From assembly GCA_031275075.1 (NCBI GenBank), contig JAISPI010000014.1, positions 1-25,335 of the forward strand: a DNA stretch of 25,335 nucleotides, written 5' to 3'. The first letter of the stretch is position 1; every line of letters begins with the position of its first letter. The notes below the pieces were generated by a model. It had not been told where the DNA came from and searched no databases. It saw only the letters and a program-made list of their open reading frames with translations. Positions 8,113 to 20,030 of this stretch are shown here, piece by piece. A program made the position numbers and the translations under genes. This DNA is from Burkholderiales bacterium. GTDB taxonomy: Bacteria; Pseudomonadota; Gammaproteobacteria; Burkholderiales; Casimicrobiaceae.

Positions 8113-9036
8113 TCACACCACTTCTCCAAGAATCTTCACTTCCGGCTGTAAACGCACGCCGGTTTTCATTTCGACCCTTTGTTGCACCTGCGCGATTAAC
8201 GTCTCGATATCGGCAGCCCGCGCCGCGCCTTTCGGGTTGACGATGAAGTTGGCGTGTTTTTCCGACACCGAAGCGCCGCCAACCGTCAAGCCTTTCAACC
8301 CACATGATTCGATCAGCCGTGCCGCGTAATCGCCGGACGGATTGCGAAACACGCTACCAGCGTTCGGCAACTCCAGCGGTTGCGATACCAGCCGCTTCGC
8401 CAACAACGTTTTGATCTCCGCTTGCGCCGTCTCGACCGATTGCACATCACCCGTCGCAAAACGGAACCAGGCGCCGGTGAAAATCTCTGGTAACGATGGC
8501 TCTTTGCGCTGCACTTGCCGGTAACTAATGTCGTACTCGTCTGCCGTGCGTACGCAACGCTCTCCGGCGCGTGTTACCACCTCGACACGCAACACATAAG
8601 TCCAAGTCTCGCTGCCGTAGCACCCGGCGTTCATCGCCAGCGCACCGCCGACCGTGCCGGGGATACCCGCCAAAAACGCCGCATCGATCTTGCCTTGCGC
8701 TGCCGCCAAACGCGCCAGCTTCGCACACGTCAAGCCCGCCGGCGCGTAAATGGTGCCGTCGTCCTCCAACCGCATCGCCGAAGTGCCATCGTGTGTTAAC
8801 ACCACGACACCGCGTATTCCACCATCGCGGATCAATACATTGCTGCCCAACCCCAACACCGTAACAGGCACATCCGCTGGCAACTGCCGTAAAAAATGCG
8901 CAAGGTCTTCACTATCGACCGGCGTATAAATCATCTCAGCCAAGCCGCCGACGCGCCAGCTCGTGTGACGCGCCATTGCCACATCGAAGCGGAGATCACC
9001 GCGCAAACCGTCGAAAGCAAGCCGCAAGCTCATCAC
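8113..9036 (-). CDS. murB: UDP-N-acetylenolpyruvoylglucosamine reductase (short ~307-aa form)
   Basis: [68 protein letters not shown]. The GTG start overlaps the murC TGA; the next codon (ATG at 9033) is an alternative start. Confidence 0.97.
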   Translation of the reverse strand: MMSLRLAFDGLRGDLRFDVAMARHTSWRVGGLAEMIYTPVDSEDLAHFLRQLPADVPVTVLGLGSNVLIRDGGIRGVVVLTHDGTSAMRLEDDGTIYAPAGLTCAKLARLAAAQGKIDAAFLAGIPGTVGGALAMNAGCYGSETWTYVLRVEVVTRAGERCVRTADEYDISYRQVQRKEPSLPEIFTGAWFRFATGDVQSVETAQAEIKTLLAKRLVSQPLELPNAGSVFRNPSGDYAARLIESCGLKGLTVGGASVSEKHANFIVNPKGAARAADIETLIAQVQQRVEMKTGVRLQPEVKILGEVV

Positions 9037-10433
9037 GCGCTTTCCTTTCCGGCCATCTGCCGTAACCGCGGCGCCACCGTGCCGATGTTGCCGGCGCCCA
9101 TCGTCAATACCACGTCACCGTCTTTCAGCAACGAAGCCAATACCTGCGGCACTTCGTCGATCTGCTCAACAAATACCGGATCGATCTTCCCTGCCACCCG
9201 CAACGTCCGCGCCAGCGCGCGCCCATCGGCAGCGACAATCGGCGTTTCCCCGGCCGGATACACATCAACCAATACCAACACATCGGCCTGCGACAACACC
9301 GCAACAAAGTCTTCGAACAAATCGCGCGTGCGCGTATAGCGATGCGGCTGAAACACCAGTACCAGCCGCCGTCCATCGAAACTGTCGCGCGCAGCTCCCA
9401 ACGTCGCGGCGATTTCATTGGGGTGATGGCCGTAATCATCAATCAAGGTGTACGAACCGCCGTCAGGCAACGGAATTTCGCCGTAACGCTGGAAACGCCG
9501 TCCGACGCCCTTGAATCCGGCGAGCGCCCGGACAATCGCCTCCTCGTCCACACCAACCTCGCGACCAACGGCAATCGCCGCCAACGCGTTTTGCACACTG
9601 TGCCGCCCGGGCAACGCCAGCGTCACCGTCAAATCGGTGAAGCCGCGTTGGGTGGCTACGAAATGCACCGTTCCGCGCCTGTTTTCTACTTGCCGCGCTT
9701 GCAACATCGCGTCTTCCGAAAAACCATAGCTCACCACCGGACGTCCGACTTGCGGCAGAATCTCGCGCACATGAACATCATCAATGCATGCCACCACCGC
9801 GCCGTAAAACGGCAAACGTTGAAGAAACTCAATGAATGCTTTTTTAAGCCGCGCAAAATCGTGCTCATACGTTTCCATGTGATCGGCGTCGATGTTCGTC
9901 ACCACCGACAACACCGGCGACAAATGCAAAAACGACGCGTCCGATTCATCCGCTTCGGCCACCAGAAAATCGCCGCTGCCCAAACGCGCGTTGGCGTCCG
10001 CCGCCAGCAAACGGCCACCGATCACAAACGTCGGATCGAAACCGCCTTCAGCCAGCACCGACGCCACCAAACTTGTCGTCGTCGTTTTGCCGTGTGTGCC
10101 GGCAATCGCAATGCCGCGTTTTAACCGCATCAGTTCGGCCAGCATCAACGCCCGCGCCACCACCGGAATACCTGCTTGCCGCGCCGCCACCACTTCCGGA
10201 TTGTTCGCCGCCACTGCCGTCGACACCACCACCGCATCGGCATCTCGAATGTGCTCAGCCGCGTGTCCCTGCCAGACCTCAACCCCCAACGAACGCAACC
10301 GCGCCGTCGCAGCATTGTCGCTGAGATCCGACCCCGACACCTGATAGCCGAGGTTCACCAGCACTTCAGCAATGCCACTCATGCCAACACCGCCGATACC
10401 AACAAAGTGCAGTTGTTTCACCTTGTGCTTCAT
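9033..10433 (-). CDS. murC: UDP-N-acetylmuramate--L-alanine ligase
   Basis: [64 protein letters not shown] overlap with the murG stop. Confidence 0.99.
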   Translation of the reverse strand: MKHKVKQLHFVGIGGVGMSGIAEVLVNLGYQVSGSDLSDNAATARLRSLGVEVWQGHAAEHIRDADAVVVSTAVAANNPEVVAARQAGIPVVARALMLAELMRLKRGIAIAGTHGKTTTTSLVASVLAEGGFDPTFVIGGRLLAADANARLGSGDFLVAEADESDASFLHLSPVLSVVTNIDADHMETYEHDFARLKKAFIEFLQRLPFYGAVVACIDDVHVREILPQVGRPVVSYGFSEDAMLQARQVENRRGTVHFVATQRGFTDLTVTLALPGRHSVQNALAAIAVGREVGVDEEAIVRALAGFKGVGRRFQRYGEIPLPDGGSYTLIDDYGHHPNEIAATLGAARDSFDGRRLVLVFQPHRYTRTRDLFEDFVAVLSQADVLVLVDVYPAGETPIVAADGRALARTLRVAGKIDPVFVEQIDEVPQVLASLLKDGDVVLTMGAGNIGTVAPRLRQMAGKESA

Positions 10434-11593
10434 GAAGCATCTCCCCTGGCGTCTCCCTGAACATCTTTGTTCTGTCTGTGTTTGCTCTGATAAGCCACTC
10501 CCAGCGCCATGCACACTTGCGCCGCCGTTTCCGCTGCGTCGGTCTTGCGAAACGCAAACGCCAGCTCCGCCATCAGCAGCGCCTTTTCGCGTGTCAACGT
10601 GCGCAACATTTCCGCCAAAGCATCGGGCGTCAATGCGTCTTGTGTTTTCTTGACGGCAGCGCCGACATCAACCAGGAACTGTGCGTTGGCGCTCTGTTCA
10701 TCGGCAATCGCTCCCGGCAACGGCACAATCAATGCGCCGACGCCAACGGTGGCAAGTTCGGCCATCGTAATCGCTCCGCCGCGGCAGATAACGAAATCGG
10801 CGTCAGCATACGCTTGCGCCATTTCTTCGATGAACGGCACGCACTCGGCCTCGACCCCATATTGCGCGTAAGTCGCACGCAATGCCTCGATGTGACGCGC
10901 GCCCGCTTGGTGGATAACGCGCGGCCTTTGTTCAACCGGTAATTGCGCCAGCGCCGCCGGGACACAAAGATTCAACGCCTGCGCGCCTAAACTGCCGCCG
11001 ACCACCAACAGGCGCAATGCCCCTTGCCGGTCAGCGAAACGCTCTAAGGGCGACACCTGTTGCGCCATGTCATCACGTATCGGATTGCCGACCCACACCA
11101 CTTTCGCTTCGATGTTCGCCTTGCGGCTAGCGCCCAATACGCCGGGAAGTCCTGTCAATATTTTGTCAGCGCCGTGCTTCAACACCCGGTTCGCCAGCCC
11201 GGGCACCGCATTTGCTTCGTGAATCACCAGCGGCAAACCGCACGCCACCGCCGTGAAAGCGCCGGGGAACGATGCGAAACCACCAAATCCCATCACCACA
11301 TCGGGACGCCGTCGTCGCAAAATACTGCGGCTCTGATAGCACGCCCTCAACAATGCAAACGGTCCCAACAACAACGTCTTCAATCCCTTGCCGCGCACAC
11401 CACGGAACGACACGCTCTCGAAAGCAATTCCCTCCTGTGACACCAAGGTTGCTTCCATACCATCACGAGTCCCCAGCCAAAACACATCCCAGCCATACGC
11501 CTGCAAACGCCGCGCCACCGCGATGCCGGGGAAAACATGGCCGCCGGTGCCGCCGGCAGTCATCATCACCGTGCCTTTGCCGTATTTGCTCAT
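10430..11593 (-). CDS. murG: Undecaprenyl-PP-MurNAc-pentapeptide GlcNAc transferase
   Basis: [58 protein letters not shown]. Start MSKYGKG overlaps the ftsW stop. Confidence 0.98.
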   Translation of the reverse strand: MSKYGKGTVMMTAGGTGGHVFPGIAVARRLQAYGWDVFWLGTRDGMEATLVSQEGIAFESVSFRGVRGKGLKTLLLGPFALLRACYQSRSILRRRRPDVVMGFGGFASFPGAFTAVACGLPLVIHEANAVPGLANRVLKHGADKILTGLPGVLGASRKANIEAKVVWVGNPIRDDMAQQVSPLERFADRQGALRLLVVGGSLGAQALNLCVPAALAQLPVEQRPRVIHQAGARHIEALRATYAQYGVEAECVPFIEEMAQAYADADFVICRGGAITMAELATVGVGALIVPLPGAIADEQSANAQFLVDVGAAVKKTQDALTPDALAEMLRTLTREKALLMAELAFAFRKTDAAETAAQVCMALGVAYQSKHRQNKDVQGDARGDAS

Positions 11594-12819
11594 ACGTTGT
11601 GCCCATTCAAAAGACGACGGTTTTCGTAATCGACGCGCAACAGCACCGCTACCGCCACGCAGCTGGCGACGAGGCCGCTGCCGCCGAATGATAAAAACGG
11701 CAATGTCAATCCCTTGGTCGGCAACACACCCATGTTGACCCCCATGTTGATAAACGCCTGAGCGCCAAACCAGATGCCGATTCCATGCGCCGTCAATGCT
11801 GAAAAGGGTTGCTGCAAACGCGCCGCCTGCCGACCTATCATCCAGGCGCGAAACAGCAGCCACATAAATAACAAGATCACCACCAGCACACCGACAAACC
11901 CCAATTCCTCGGCGATCACCGCCAACAGAAAATCAGTGTGCGCTTCCGGCAAATACAACAGCTTTTCAACACTGTCGCCAAGTCCGACACCAAAAAACTC
12001 GCCACGCCCAAATGCCATCAACGAATGCGTCAACTGATACCCTTTCCCGAGCGGGTCTTCCCAAGGTTTCAGAAACGTCATCAGCCGTTCCAGCCGGTAG
12101 GGCGCCGCAACCAGAATCCCGCCCAGCGCAAACGGCAACAACGCCAGCAAACCGGTAATAATGCGGCCATCGAGTCCGCCAATGAACAACACGCCGAAAC
12201 CGATGGCCACAATCACCACGAGCGCGCCGAAGTCCGGCTCCAGCAACAGCAAGCTGCCGACCAGCACCATCGCTGTAAACAACGGTAGAAAACCACGCAC
12301 CAATGTCTTGGCCATCGGCTGATGCGCCGGCAGAAATTCCGCCTTTCGCACCGCATAGCTGGCCGCATAAAAAATCACCGCCAGCTTCATCAGCTCGGAC
12401 GGTTGTACGTTAGTGAAATACAGCGGCAACCAGCGACGCGCGCCGTTTACCGATTTTCCGATGCCGGGAATCAACACCAGCACCAACAACAAAAGTCCAA
12501 ACAAAAAGAGCCAAGGCGCCAGTTTTTGCCAAGTCGCCATCGGCAATTGAAACGCCACTACCGCGCACAACAACGCCACCACCACATACAACGTGTGCCG
12601 TACCAGAAAATACCAGGATCGATAACCGGTAAAGCTGCTGGCCTCGGCCATCGCCATCGACGCCGAATACACCATCACCAGCCCCAGCGTCAGCAACATC
12701 AGCACTGTCCATAACAGCGACGCATCGTAAGCCGCCATCGCCCGCCGGTTTTTCTTCTTCAGCGTCTCGGCACCGAGACCACCGAAGATACGCTCGAACG
12801 ATGTGCGTACTTGGTTCAT
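11590..12819 (-). CDS. ftsW: SEDS peptidoglycan polymerase FtsW
   Basis: GLVMVYSAS, NGARRWL, QPSELMKL, LLLEPDFG, GYQLTHSL, LPEAHTDF, GVLPTKGLTLPFLSFGGS. About 10 TM segments. Confidence 0.98.
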   Translation of the reverse strand: MNQVRTSFERIFGGLGAETLKKKNRRAMAAYDASLLWTVLMLLTLGLVMVYSASMAMAEASSFTGYRSWYFLVRHTLYVVVALLCAVVAFQLPMATWQKLAPWLFLFGLLLLVLVLIPGIGKSVNGARRWLPLYFTNVQPSELMKLAVIFYAASYAVRKAEFLPAHQPMAKTLVRGFLPLFTAMVLVGSLLLLEPDFGALVVIVAIGFGVLFIGGLDGRIITGLLALLPFALGGILVAAPYRLERLMTFLKPWEDPLGKGYQLTHSLMAFGRGEFFGVGLGDSVEKLLYLPEAHTDFLLAVIAEELGFVGVLVVILLFMWLLFRAWMIGRQAARLQQPFSALTAHGIGIWFGAQAFINMGVNMGVLPTKGLTLPFLSFGGSGLVASCVAVAVLLRVDYENRRLLNGHNV

Positions 12820-14189
12820 ACCGCGCCTCCCATCGCCCGCACCGCTTCGGCAAACGCCCGGCCACGCGCCATGTAATCGCTGAACTGATCAAGACTGGCA
12901 CAGGCCGGCGACAACAAGACCGTGTCGCCTGATTGTGCCAACACGCGCGCCCTCGTTATTGCCGTCGCCAGCGTACCGCAATGTTCAACGGTAACGCCGT
13001 AACACATCAACGCAGTTTCAATCTGCGGCGCGTCACGGCCAATCAAAAACACGGTTCGACAGCAACCGGCCACCGTTGCCGCCAGCGGCGCGAAATCCTG
13101 TCCCTTACCATCACCACCGGCGATCAACATCAGCGGCGAAGCCATACCATTGAGCGCTGCCTGTGTTGCTGCCACCGTCGTCGCTTTCGAGTCGTTGATA
13201 TAACGCACGCCATCGACAACGCCGACTTCCTCCATCCGATGCGGAAGCCCGCGAAATTCTTTTAACGCCGTCAATACCGTCTCATCGACCGTGGTTACGC
13301 ACGATGTCAGCGCCAATGCCGCCAACGCGTTCAACGCATTGTGATGACCCGCCAATGCCAGCGCCGACACCGGCAACAGCGGCGCCGCCCCGCGCATCAA
13401 CCACATAGCGCCATGATGCTCGGCAAGTCGCCAGGACAACGACGCATCGGCAGGAGCCTTCCGTCCAAACCACCGCACAGGCAATTCCGCCATCTGCATC
13501 TTTGTCACATACGGATCGTCAGCGTTCAACACCTGTTGTTTCGCCCGGCGAAAAATCGTCGCTTTGGCAGCCGCGTAAGCATCAACACCGGAATAACGGT
13601 CGAGATGATTTTCTGAAATGTTCAACACCGTCGCCGCCGCTGGCGCCAGCGTAACCGTCGTCTCCAACTGATAACTCGACAATTCAAGCACGAACACATC
13701 CGGCCAGATAGCATTGCCCTCGATTTTTTCCAGCACATCAAGCACCGCATCGCCGATGTTGCCTGCCGCAATCGCCGTCAGCCCCGCCGCTTCACACAGC
13801 GTACGGGTCAGTTCGGTCGTCGTCGTTTTTCCGTTGGTGCCGGTAATCGCCAAGACTTTTTGCTCTTTGGGAAGCGCCCGCGCAAACAATTCGACATCGC
13901 CGACCAACGCTACACCACGCGCAACCGCCTGCCGGATCAGCGGCTGGTCTTTCGCCACGCCCGGCGAGATTGCGATCATATCGATACCGTCGAACAACGT
14001 CGGCGTCAACGGCCCGCAATGAATGTTCACTTGCGGCCATTCACGTTGAACACGTTCCGCATACGGCGGTGTTTCTCGTGTGTCGGCAACGGTTACCTCC
14101 GCGCCACGACGCAGAAGGTAGCGCACCAGCGAAAAGCCGGTGAGCCCAAGCCCCAACACCAACACCCGACGATGCGATAATGCCTTCAT
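12816..14189 (-). CDS. murD: UDP-MurNAc-L-Ala--D-glutamate ligase
   Basis: VLGLGLTG, ISPGV, ITGTNGKTTTT, LELSSYQLE, NISENHLDRY, GLPHRME, NDSKATT, LSPACASLDQF. Confidence 0.99.
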   Translation of the reverse strand: MKALSHRRVLVLGLGLTGFSLVRYLLRRGAEVTVADTRETPPYAERVQREWPQVNIHCGPLTPTLFDGIDMIAISPGVAKDQPLIRQAVARGVALVGDVELFARALPKEQKVLAITGTNGKTTTTELTRTLCEAAGLTAIAAGNIGDAVLDVLEKIEGNAIWPDVFVLELSSYQLETTVTLAPAAATVLNISENHLDRYSGVDAYAAAKATIFRRAKQQVLNADDPYVTKMQMAELPVRWFGRKAPADASLSWRLAEHHGAMWLMRGAAPLLPVSALALAGHHNALNALAALALTSCVTTVDETVLTALKEFRGLPHRMEEVGVVDGVRYINDSKATTVAATQAALNGMASPLMLIAGGDGKGQDFAPLAATVAGCCRTVFLIGRDAPQIETALMCYGVTVEHCGTLATAITRARVLAQSGDTVLLSPACASLDQFSDYMARGRAFAEAVRAMGGAV

Positions 14190-14220
14190 GACTCCTTACC
14201 GTTTCTGCCTTAACATCGTC

Positions 14221-15372
14221 TTAACGTAATTTCAACGTTGACAATCCCACCAGCACCAACAAAATCGTGATGATCCAGAAGCGCACCACGACTTGATTTT
14301 CTTTCCAGCCTTTCAATTCATAGTGGTGATGAATCGGCGCCATTCGGAATACTCGCTTGCCGGTCAATTTGAATGACAGCACCTGAACGATCACCGACAG
14401 CGTTTCAACGACGAATACACCACCCATAATGAACAACACGATTTCCTGACGCACCGCCACCGCGATCGTGCCCAGCATGGCGCCCAACGCCAATGCACCG
14501 ACATCGCCCATAAACACTTCCGCCGGATACGCGTTGAACCACAGGAAGCCAAGACCGGCTCCAACCATCGCGCCGCAAATCACCGCCAACTCGCCGGTAC
14601 CGATAATGACCGGAAATTGCAAATAACTTGCGAATACCGCATTGCCGCTGGTGTAAGCAAAAACACCCAGCGCAGCAGCCACCATCACAGTCGGCATGAT
14701 CGCCAGACCATCGAGACCATCCGTTAGGTTCACGGCGTTGCTGGAACCGACAATCACGAAATAGCTCAACACCACGAAACCTATAATACCGAGCGGATAC
14801 GAAACCGTTTTGAAAAACGGCACGATCAAGTCAGCGTTGCTCGACAGTTGCCAGTCGTAACCGCTGCGCCACATATGCGAAATCATATCGAGCACACCGG
14901 CGTTTCCCGGCACCGACAATGCCAACGCCAGATACAGCGCCGCAACCAAACCAAGCAGCGACTGCCAGAAAAACTTGGCGCGCGCCGACAACCCTTTCGG
15001 GTTGCGGTAAACAACCTTGCGGTAATCATCGATCCAGCCGATAGCACCAAAGCCTATCGTTACCCACAGTACGGCCCAGACAAAGCGGTTGTCGAGATCA
15101 CACCACAGCAACGATGTGATCACGATAGCCACCAGAATCAGCGCGCCGCCCATTGTCGGCGTCCCTGTTTTGGCGAGGTGCGTCTGCGGGCCATCGTGGC
15201 GCACCGCCTGACCGATCTTCATCCGCGCCAGCCAGGTGATCATCCGCGGGCCGATCACAAACGAAATCATCAACGCGGTGATTGTTGCCAACACCGCGCG
15301 CAACGTGATATAGCCAAACACGTTGAATGCGCGGATATCATGCGCAAGAAATTCAGTGAGCCAGAGCAGCAT
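14221..15372 (-). CDS. mraY: Phospho-MurNAc-pentapeptide transferase
   Basis: [64 protein letters not shown]. Start set at MLLWLTE (15372). Confidence 0.99.
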   Translation of the reverse strand: MLLWLTEFLAHDIRAFNVFGYITLRAVLATITALMISFVIGPRMITWLARMKIGQAVRHDGPQTHLAKTGTPTMGGALILVAIVITSLLWCDLDNRFVWAVLWVTIGFGAIGWIDDYRKVVYRNPKGLSARAKFFWQSLLGLVAALYLALALSVPGNAGVLDMISHMWRSGYDWQLSSNADLIVPFFKTVSYPLGIIGFVVLSYFVIVGSSNAVNLTDGLDGLAIMPTVMVAAALGVFAYTSGNAVFASYLQFPVIIGTGELAVICGAMVGAGLGFLWFNAYPAEVFMGDVGALALGAMLGTIAVAVRQEIVLFIMGGVFVVETLSVIVQVLSFKLTGKRVFRMAPIHHHYELKGWKENQVVVRFWIITILLVLVGLSTLKLR

Positions 15373-16771
15373 GAGAATCTTTCCGTTGTGAATCATTCGA
15401 TACCGCTACCAGCGCCGCCACGATTTTGTCCATTTGCATGAAGCGTGAGCCTTTCACCAGCACCGTCCCTGAGTGTTGTGTCAATCTTTCCTGTAACGCA
15501 TCAAGCAGTGTTTCCATCGTTTCGAAATGTTCGGCTCCGGCGCCGAATGCCGTTTGCGCGTGACGCGCCAACACTCCCAACGTCAACAACCGTGTCACAC
15601 CTTTCTTCTTTGCGTATTCACCAGCCTCGTGATGAAACGCTGCCCCGCCCTCACCGACTTCACCCATATCCCCCAACACCAGCCAACGCTCGCCCGTCCG
15701 TGATGTCAGCACATCGATGGCGGCGCGAACCGAATCGGGATTGGCGTTGTAGCTGTCGTCGATCAGGGTCCAGCACGTCCCTAAAGGAATTGCGCTCAAC
15801 CGTCCGGACACTGCGCGGAAGGACGACAAAGCCATCGCTCCGGTCGCCAAGGGCACACCCAACACCGAAGCCGCCGCCAACGCTGCCAACGCGTTCATCG
15901 CCATCGCTCGTCCCGGCAGCGGCAAAAGAAACTCCGCCATGTCTTGACCGATAAACACCTGAAGACGGGTTCCCGTCTCTTCTGCAACAAAAACGCCCCG
16001 AACGTCAGCATTTTCTTCCGTGCCGAAACGGCAAATCGTCCGCCCCAGTCCCTGCGCCTTGTGTCCCCAGAAATCCTTGTAAGCATCGTCGCCGTTGATC
16101 ACAGCACAACCTTGCGGGCGTAACGCTTCAAGCACATCGCCGTGTTCGCGCGCCACTTCCTCGACGCTCTTCATGAACTCCTGATGTTCCCGTTGCGCGT
16201 TGTTGATCACCGCCACATCGGGCTGTGTCCACGCTGCCAATGCCCGTGTCTCGCCACGATGGTTCATCCCCAACTCAATGACCGCCGCCCGATGCGTGTC
16301 GCGCAATTCCAGCAGCGTCAACGGCACACCGATTGCATTGTTCAGATTTCCGTAAGTCGCGTGGACGGCTTCATCGTCAAAATGCGCGCGCAGAATCGCC
16401 GTAATCATTTCTTTGACTGTCGTTTTACCGTTGCTACCGACCACTGCCACCACCGGTAACGTAAACCGCTGCCGCCAGCGTTTGGCCAGCGCGGAAAGCG
16501 CCGCCAGCGTGTCTGGCACGGCAACAACCGGTCTGTAATGAAAACGAGCCGCATGTTGCTCATCGACAAGCGCGGCGGCTCCCGCCTGCAACACCGCATC
16601 GACGAAATCGTGGCCGTCGAAACGTTCGCCCTTGAGCGCAATGAACAACTCTCCCGCATGGATCGTGCGCGAATCGCTGACCACTTTTGACACATCACTG
16701 TCGGAGCCCAGCAAACGACCTCCGGTCATCGCCGCCACATCGCTCAACGACAGCATCGTTTTTTCAATCAT
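15353..16771 (-). CDS. murF: UDP-MurNAc-tripeptide--D-Ala-D-Ala ligase
   Basis: [67 protein letters not shown]. Start 16771 forms an ATGA overlap with the murE stop. Confidence 0.98.
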   Translation of the reverse strand: MIEKTMLSLSDVAAMTGGRLLGSDSDVSKVVSDSRTIHAGELFIALKGERFDGHDFVDAVLQAGAAALVDEQHAARFHYRPVVAVPDTLAALSALAKRWRQRFTLPVVAVVGSNGKTTVKEMITAILRAHFDDEAVHATYGNLNNAIGVPLTLLELRDTHRAAVIELGMNHRGETRALAAWTQPDVAVINNAQREHQEFMKSVEEVAREHGDVLEALRPQGCAVINGDDAYKDFWGHKAQGLGRTICRFGTEENADVRGVFVAEETGTRLQVFIGQDMAEFLLPLPGRAMAMNALAALAAASVLGVPLATGAMALSSFRAVSGRLSAIPLGTCWTLIDDSYNANPDSVRAAIDVLTSRTGERWLVLGDMGEVGEGGAAFHHEAGEYAKKKGVTRLLTLGVLARHAQTAFGAGAEHFETMETLLDALQERLTQHSGTVLVKGSRFMQMDKIVAALVAVSNDSQRKDSHAALAH

Positions 16772-18291
16772 CGTGCGCTCCACGTTTCCAACGCCTGCGC
16801 CGCCACATCGGCATCCAGAAACGGATGCCGCACCCCGGCGATTTCCTGATAAGACTCATGTCCCTTTCCGGCAATCAGCACCAGATCGCCAGCGCGCGCT
16901 GTTGTGACCGCCTGCGCAATCGCTGCCGCCCGATCGGCCTCGACTACCCATGAGGCGCCGTCAACCGAGCGCAATCCCTTTTCGATCGCCGCCAAAATAA
17001 CCTCCGGCGATTCGCCGCGCGGATTGTCGTTGGTTATCCAGACATGGTCGGCTTGCTTCGCCGCAATCGCGCCCATCACCGGCCGTTTACCGGAATCGCG
17101 GCCACCGCCGCAACCGAACACACAGAACAATCGCTGTTCGCTCGTTTGCGTCGCCCGTAATGTCCGCAGTACGCTATCGAGCGCATCCGGTGTATGCGCA
17201 TAATCAATCACAACGATTGGCTGACCTTTACGTCCCAACCGTTGTAAACGCCCGGGCGGCGGTGTCAACGTTGAAAGCAACTGCAACGCTTCCGGTAACG
17301 GCACTTCTTGCGCCAGCAAGACACCCAGCACTCCCAGTAAATTCGCCCGGTTGAACTCGCCAAGCAAAGTGCTGCGCACGCCGCCATCGCCTTGCGGCGT
17401 ACGAACCGTGAAGCGCATTTCGCAAGCACTGCCGTCAACATCAGTAGCAACAATCTCGGCGTCCGGATGACCCCTGCTGCTGTAACGCCAAACTTTCGCC
17501 GTCCATAAATGAGCCGCCGAGATCATCGCGCCGCCCATCGGATCGTCGAGATTAATCACCGCGTGGCGAAGTTGCGGGCATGTGAAAAACTGTGCCTTCG
17601 CCGTCGCGTAGGCTTCGAACGTTCCGTGATAATCGAGATGGTCGCGCGTCAGGTTGGTAAACAGTGCTGTATCAAAACGGCAGCCATCAACGCGCCCCTG
17701 CTCAAGCCCAATCGACGAAACTTCCATTACTGCCGCTTCAACACCCTGTCGCCGAAACTGCGCCAGAGTACTTTGCAGACTGGCCGCATCCGGCGTTGTG
17801 TTGAGCGCCGGCGGCCACGCTTTCTCTCCGATCAAGCCATTGCCTAATGTGCCAATCACGCCGGTGCGCGTGCCGTGCGCATGCAACGCCTGTGCGATCC
17901 AGTGTGCACACGACGTTTTGCCGTTGGTTCCGGTAACACCGATCAACGTCAAATGCTGCGACGGCTGTCCATAAACCGCATCCGCGATAAATCCAAGACA
18001 AAACGCCAGATCTTTAATGCCCCAATGCGGCACGGCGATACTGTCCCTCCTGCCATTGTCTGCATTGTCGTCGTCAACCTCCCAAAAAATACCGGTTGCA
18101 CCACGCGCCACCGCCTCCCCGATGAAACGCCGACCATCGTGTTGGCCTCCCGGCAATGCCGCGAACAACATGCCTGGCGTCACCTGCCGACTGTCGACCG
18201 TAATGCCTTTTGGCGGCGTCGGCAACTGCGCCAACCACACCGTCAATGCTTTAAGAGAAAATACCGGAGAAAACAGCGTGTGCGCCATCAT
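16768..18291 (-). CDS. murE: UDP-MurNAc-dipeptide--meso-diaminopimelate ligase
   Basis: VTGTNGKTS, TTPDA, MEVSS, FTNLTRDHLDYH, DYAHTPDAL, FGCGGGRD, DNPR (DAP-specific motif), AGKGHESYQ. GGAGG RBS. Confidence 0.99.
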   Translation of the reverse strand: MMAHTLFSPVFSLKALTVWLAQLPTPPKGITVDSRQVTPGMLFAALPGGQHDGRRFIGEAVARGATGIFWEVDDDNADNGRRDSIAVPHWGIKDLAFCLGFIADAVYGQPSQHLTLIGVTGTNGKTSCAHWIAQALHAHGTRTGVIGTLGNGLIGEKAWPPALNTTPDAASLQSTLAQFRRQGVEAAVMEVSSIGLEQGRVDGCRFDTALFTNLTRDHLDYHGTFEAYATAKAQFFTCPQLRHAVINLDDPMGGAMISAAHLWTAKVWRYSSRGHPDAEIVATDVDGSACEMRFTVRTPQGDGGVRSTLLGEFNRANLLGVLGVLLAQEVPLPEALQLLSTLTPPPGRLQRLGRKGQPIVVIDYAHTPDALDSVLRTLRATQTSEQRLFCVFGCGGGRDSGKRPVMGAIAAKQADHVWITNDNPRGESPEVILAAIEKGLRSVDGASWVVEADRAAAIAQAVTTARAGDLVLIAGKGHESYQEIAGVRHPFLDADVAAQALETWSAR

Positions 18292-20030
18292 GTTTCCTCC
18301 ATAATGTCTTCACCGTCAGGCGGCAACATGATCGGAGCAGATCGGTCGGGAGGCACACCCAGCATACGCAACGCTTTGCCGACGACGCTGGAAAACACGG
18401 GCGCCGCCACCGCCGCACCGTAATATTTGCCCGCCGACGGTTCATCAATCATCACTGCCACGATCAATCGCGGCGACGATACCGGCGCAAAACCGACAAA
18501 CGAACTGACGTATTTTTTGCTGTAGCCGCCTTTTTCTGGTTTACGCGCCGTTCCTGTCTTGCCTGCGACGCGATAATCCGGCACTTGCGCGCGCGCGCCG
18601 GTGCCGTCAGGCGATGCCGCCATTTCAAGCATCCGCCGCATTTCTGCCGCCGTCGCCGGTGAAATCACCGGTTTGCCGACCACTTCGCCCGAAGTCCGGT
18701 ACAACGACACCGGTTTCAGTTCGCCGTTTCCGGTGAAAACCGTGTAGCCGCGTGCCAGTTGCAGCAAATTGACCGACACACCATGTCCGTATGAAATCGT
18801 CGCCTGCTCAATTGGCCGCCAACTTTTGGCCGGACGCAAACGGCCAAAACTTTCGCCAGGAAAACCCGTGTTCACCGGCATGCCGAAACCGGTGCTGGAC
18901 AACCCTTGCCACATCTTCTCGGACGACATCATCAACGCGACTTTCGCCGTCCCTGTGTTCGACGAACGTTGCAACACTTGTTCGACCGTCAGATTGCCGC
19001 TGGCGTGACTGTCGTGAATGGTGTACTTGCCGATGGTCCATTGACCGCTCGCCGTTTCCATCACCGTCGTTGGCTTCACACGACCGCTGTCCAACGCAAT
19101 GGCAACCGTGAATGGCTTGAAGGTCGAGCCCGGTTCAAAGATGTCGATTAGCGCCCGGTTGCGCATTCTGGCCGGGATGAATTCATCGCGCCGGTTCGGG
19201 TTATAGGTTGGCCAATTGGCAAGCGCCAGCACTTCCCCGGTTTGCGCGTCGAGCACCACCAAACTACCGGCCTTGGCCTTATGTTCAGCAACCGCCGCTT
19301 TTAATTCCATTTGCGCCAGATATTGCAGACGGAGATCAAGCGATAGCGCCAGATCGCGTCCCTCCCGTGGCGCCTGTACCCCGGCAATATCCTCCACCGC
19401 TTCGCCCTTGCGGTTGATGATGACTCGGCGGCTGCCCGACTTACCGCCCAGCCAGTCCTGACGCGCCAGTTCCAGACCTTCCTGACCGTAATCATCAATG
19501 TCGGTGAAACCGAGTATCTGGCTGGTCAATTCTCCGGCCGGATAATAACGTCGATACACTCTTTCATCGTAGAGTCCGGGAATTTTGAGCGCCCGTGCTT
19601 CTTCAGCTATTTCAGGCGGCACGCCTTTGGCCAGATAAACAAAATCGCCTGCTGCTTCAATCCTCTTTTTCAACGATTGCGGCGTCGTGTCGAGCACCTT
19701 CGCCAGCGCGTTCATTTGTTCGTCGGAAGCATTCAGTTTTCCGGTGAACGCCCATAACGATTTCACCGGCGTCGAAATCGCCAGTGGTTCACCAAAACGG
19801 TCGGTGATTTTGCCTCGATACGCCGGGATTTCGACATCACGCACATAACGCGCCGCTCCCTGCGTTTGCAGAAAATCGCCGCTCACCCATTGCAAGTACA
19901 GCGCCTTGCCGATCAACACGGAAAACAGCACGCCGAGCACACTGAAAACAAACAACGCCCGTCCCGGCGACAACTCCGGCATCGGCGCCTGCTTGCGATG
20001 TGACGAGAGCAGACCGGCGCCGAACGTCAT
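18288..20030 (-). CDS. ftsI: Septal transpeptidase PBP3 / FtsI
   Basis: N-terminal TM, RGKITDR, RRYYPAGE, GQEGLEL, SxxK (EPGSTFKP), SxN (RSSNTG), KTG (GKTGTA). Confidence 0.98.
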   Translation of the reverse strand: MTFGAGLLSSHRKQAPMPELSPGRALFVFSVLGVLFSVLIGKALYLQWVSGDFLQTQGAARYVRDVEIPAYRGKITDRFGEPLAISTPVKSLWAFTGKLNASDEQMNALAKVLDTTPQSLKKRIEAAGDFVYLAKGVPPEIAEEARALKIPGLYDERVYRRYYPAGELTSQILGFTDIDDYGQEGLELARQDWLGGKSGSRRVIINRKGEAVEDIAGVQAPREGRDLALSLDLRLQYLAQMELKAAVAEHKAKAGSLVVLDAQTGEVLALANWPTYNPNRRDEFIPARMRNRALIDIFEPGSTFKPFTVAIALDSGRVKPTTVMETASGQWTIGKYTIHDSHASGNLTVEQVLQRSSNTGTAKVALMMSSEKMWQGLSSTGFGMPVNTGFPGESFGRLRPAKSWRPIEQATISYGHGVSVNLLQLARGYTVFTGNGELKPVSLYRTSGEVVGKPVISPATAAEMRRMLEMAASPDGTGARAQVPDYRVAGKTGTARKPEKGGYSKKYVSSFVGFAPVSSPRLIVAVMIDEPSAGKYYGAAVAAPVFSSVVGKALRMLGVPPDRSAPIMLPPDGEDIMEET

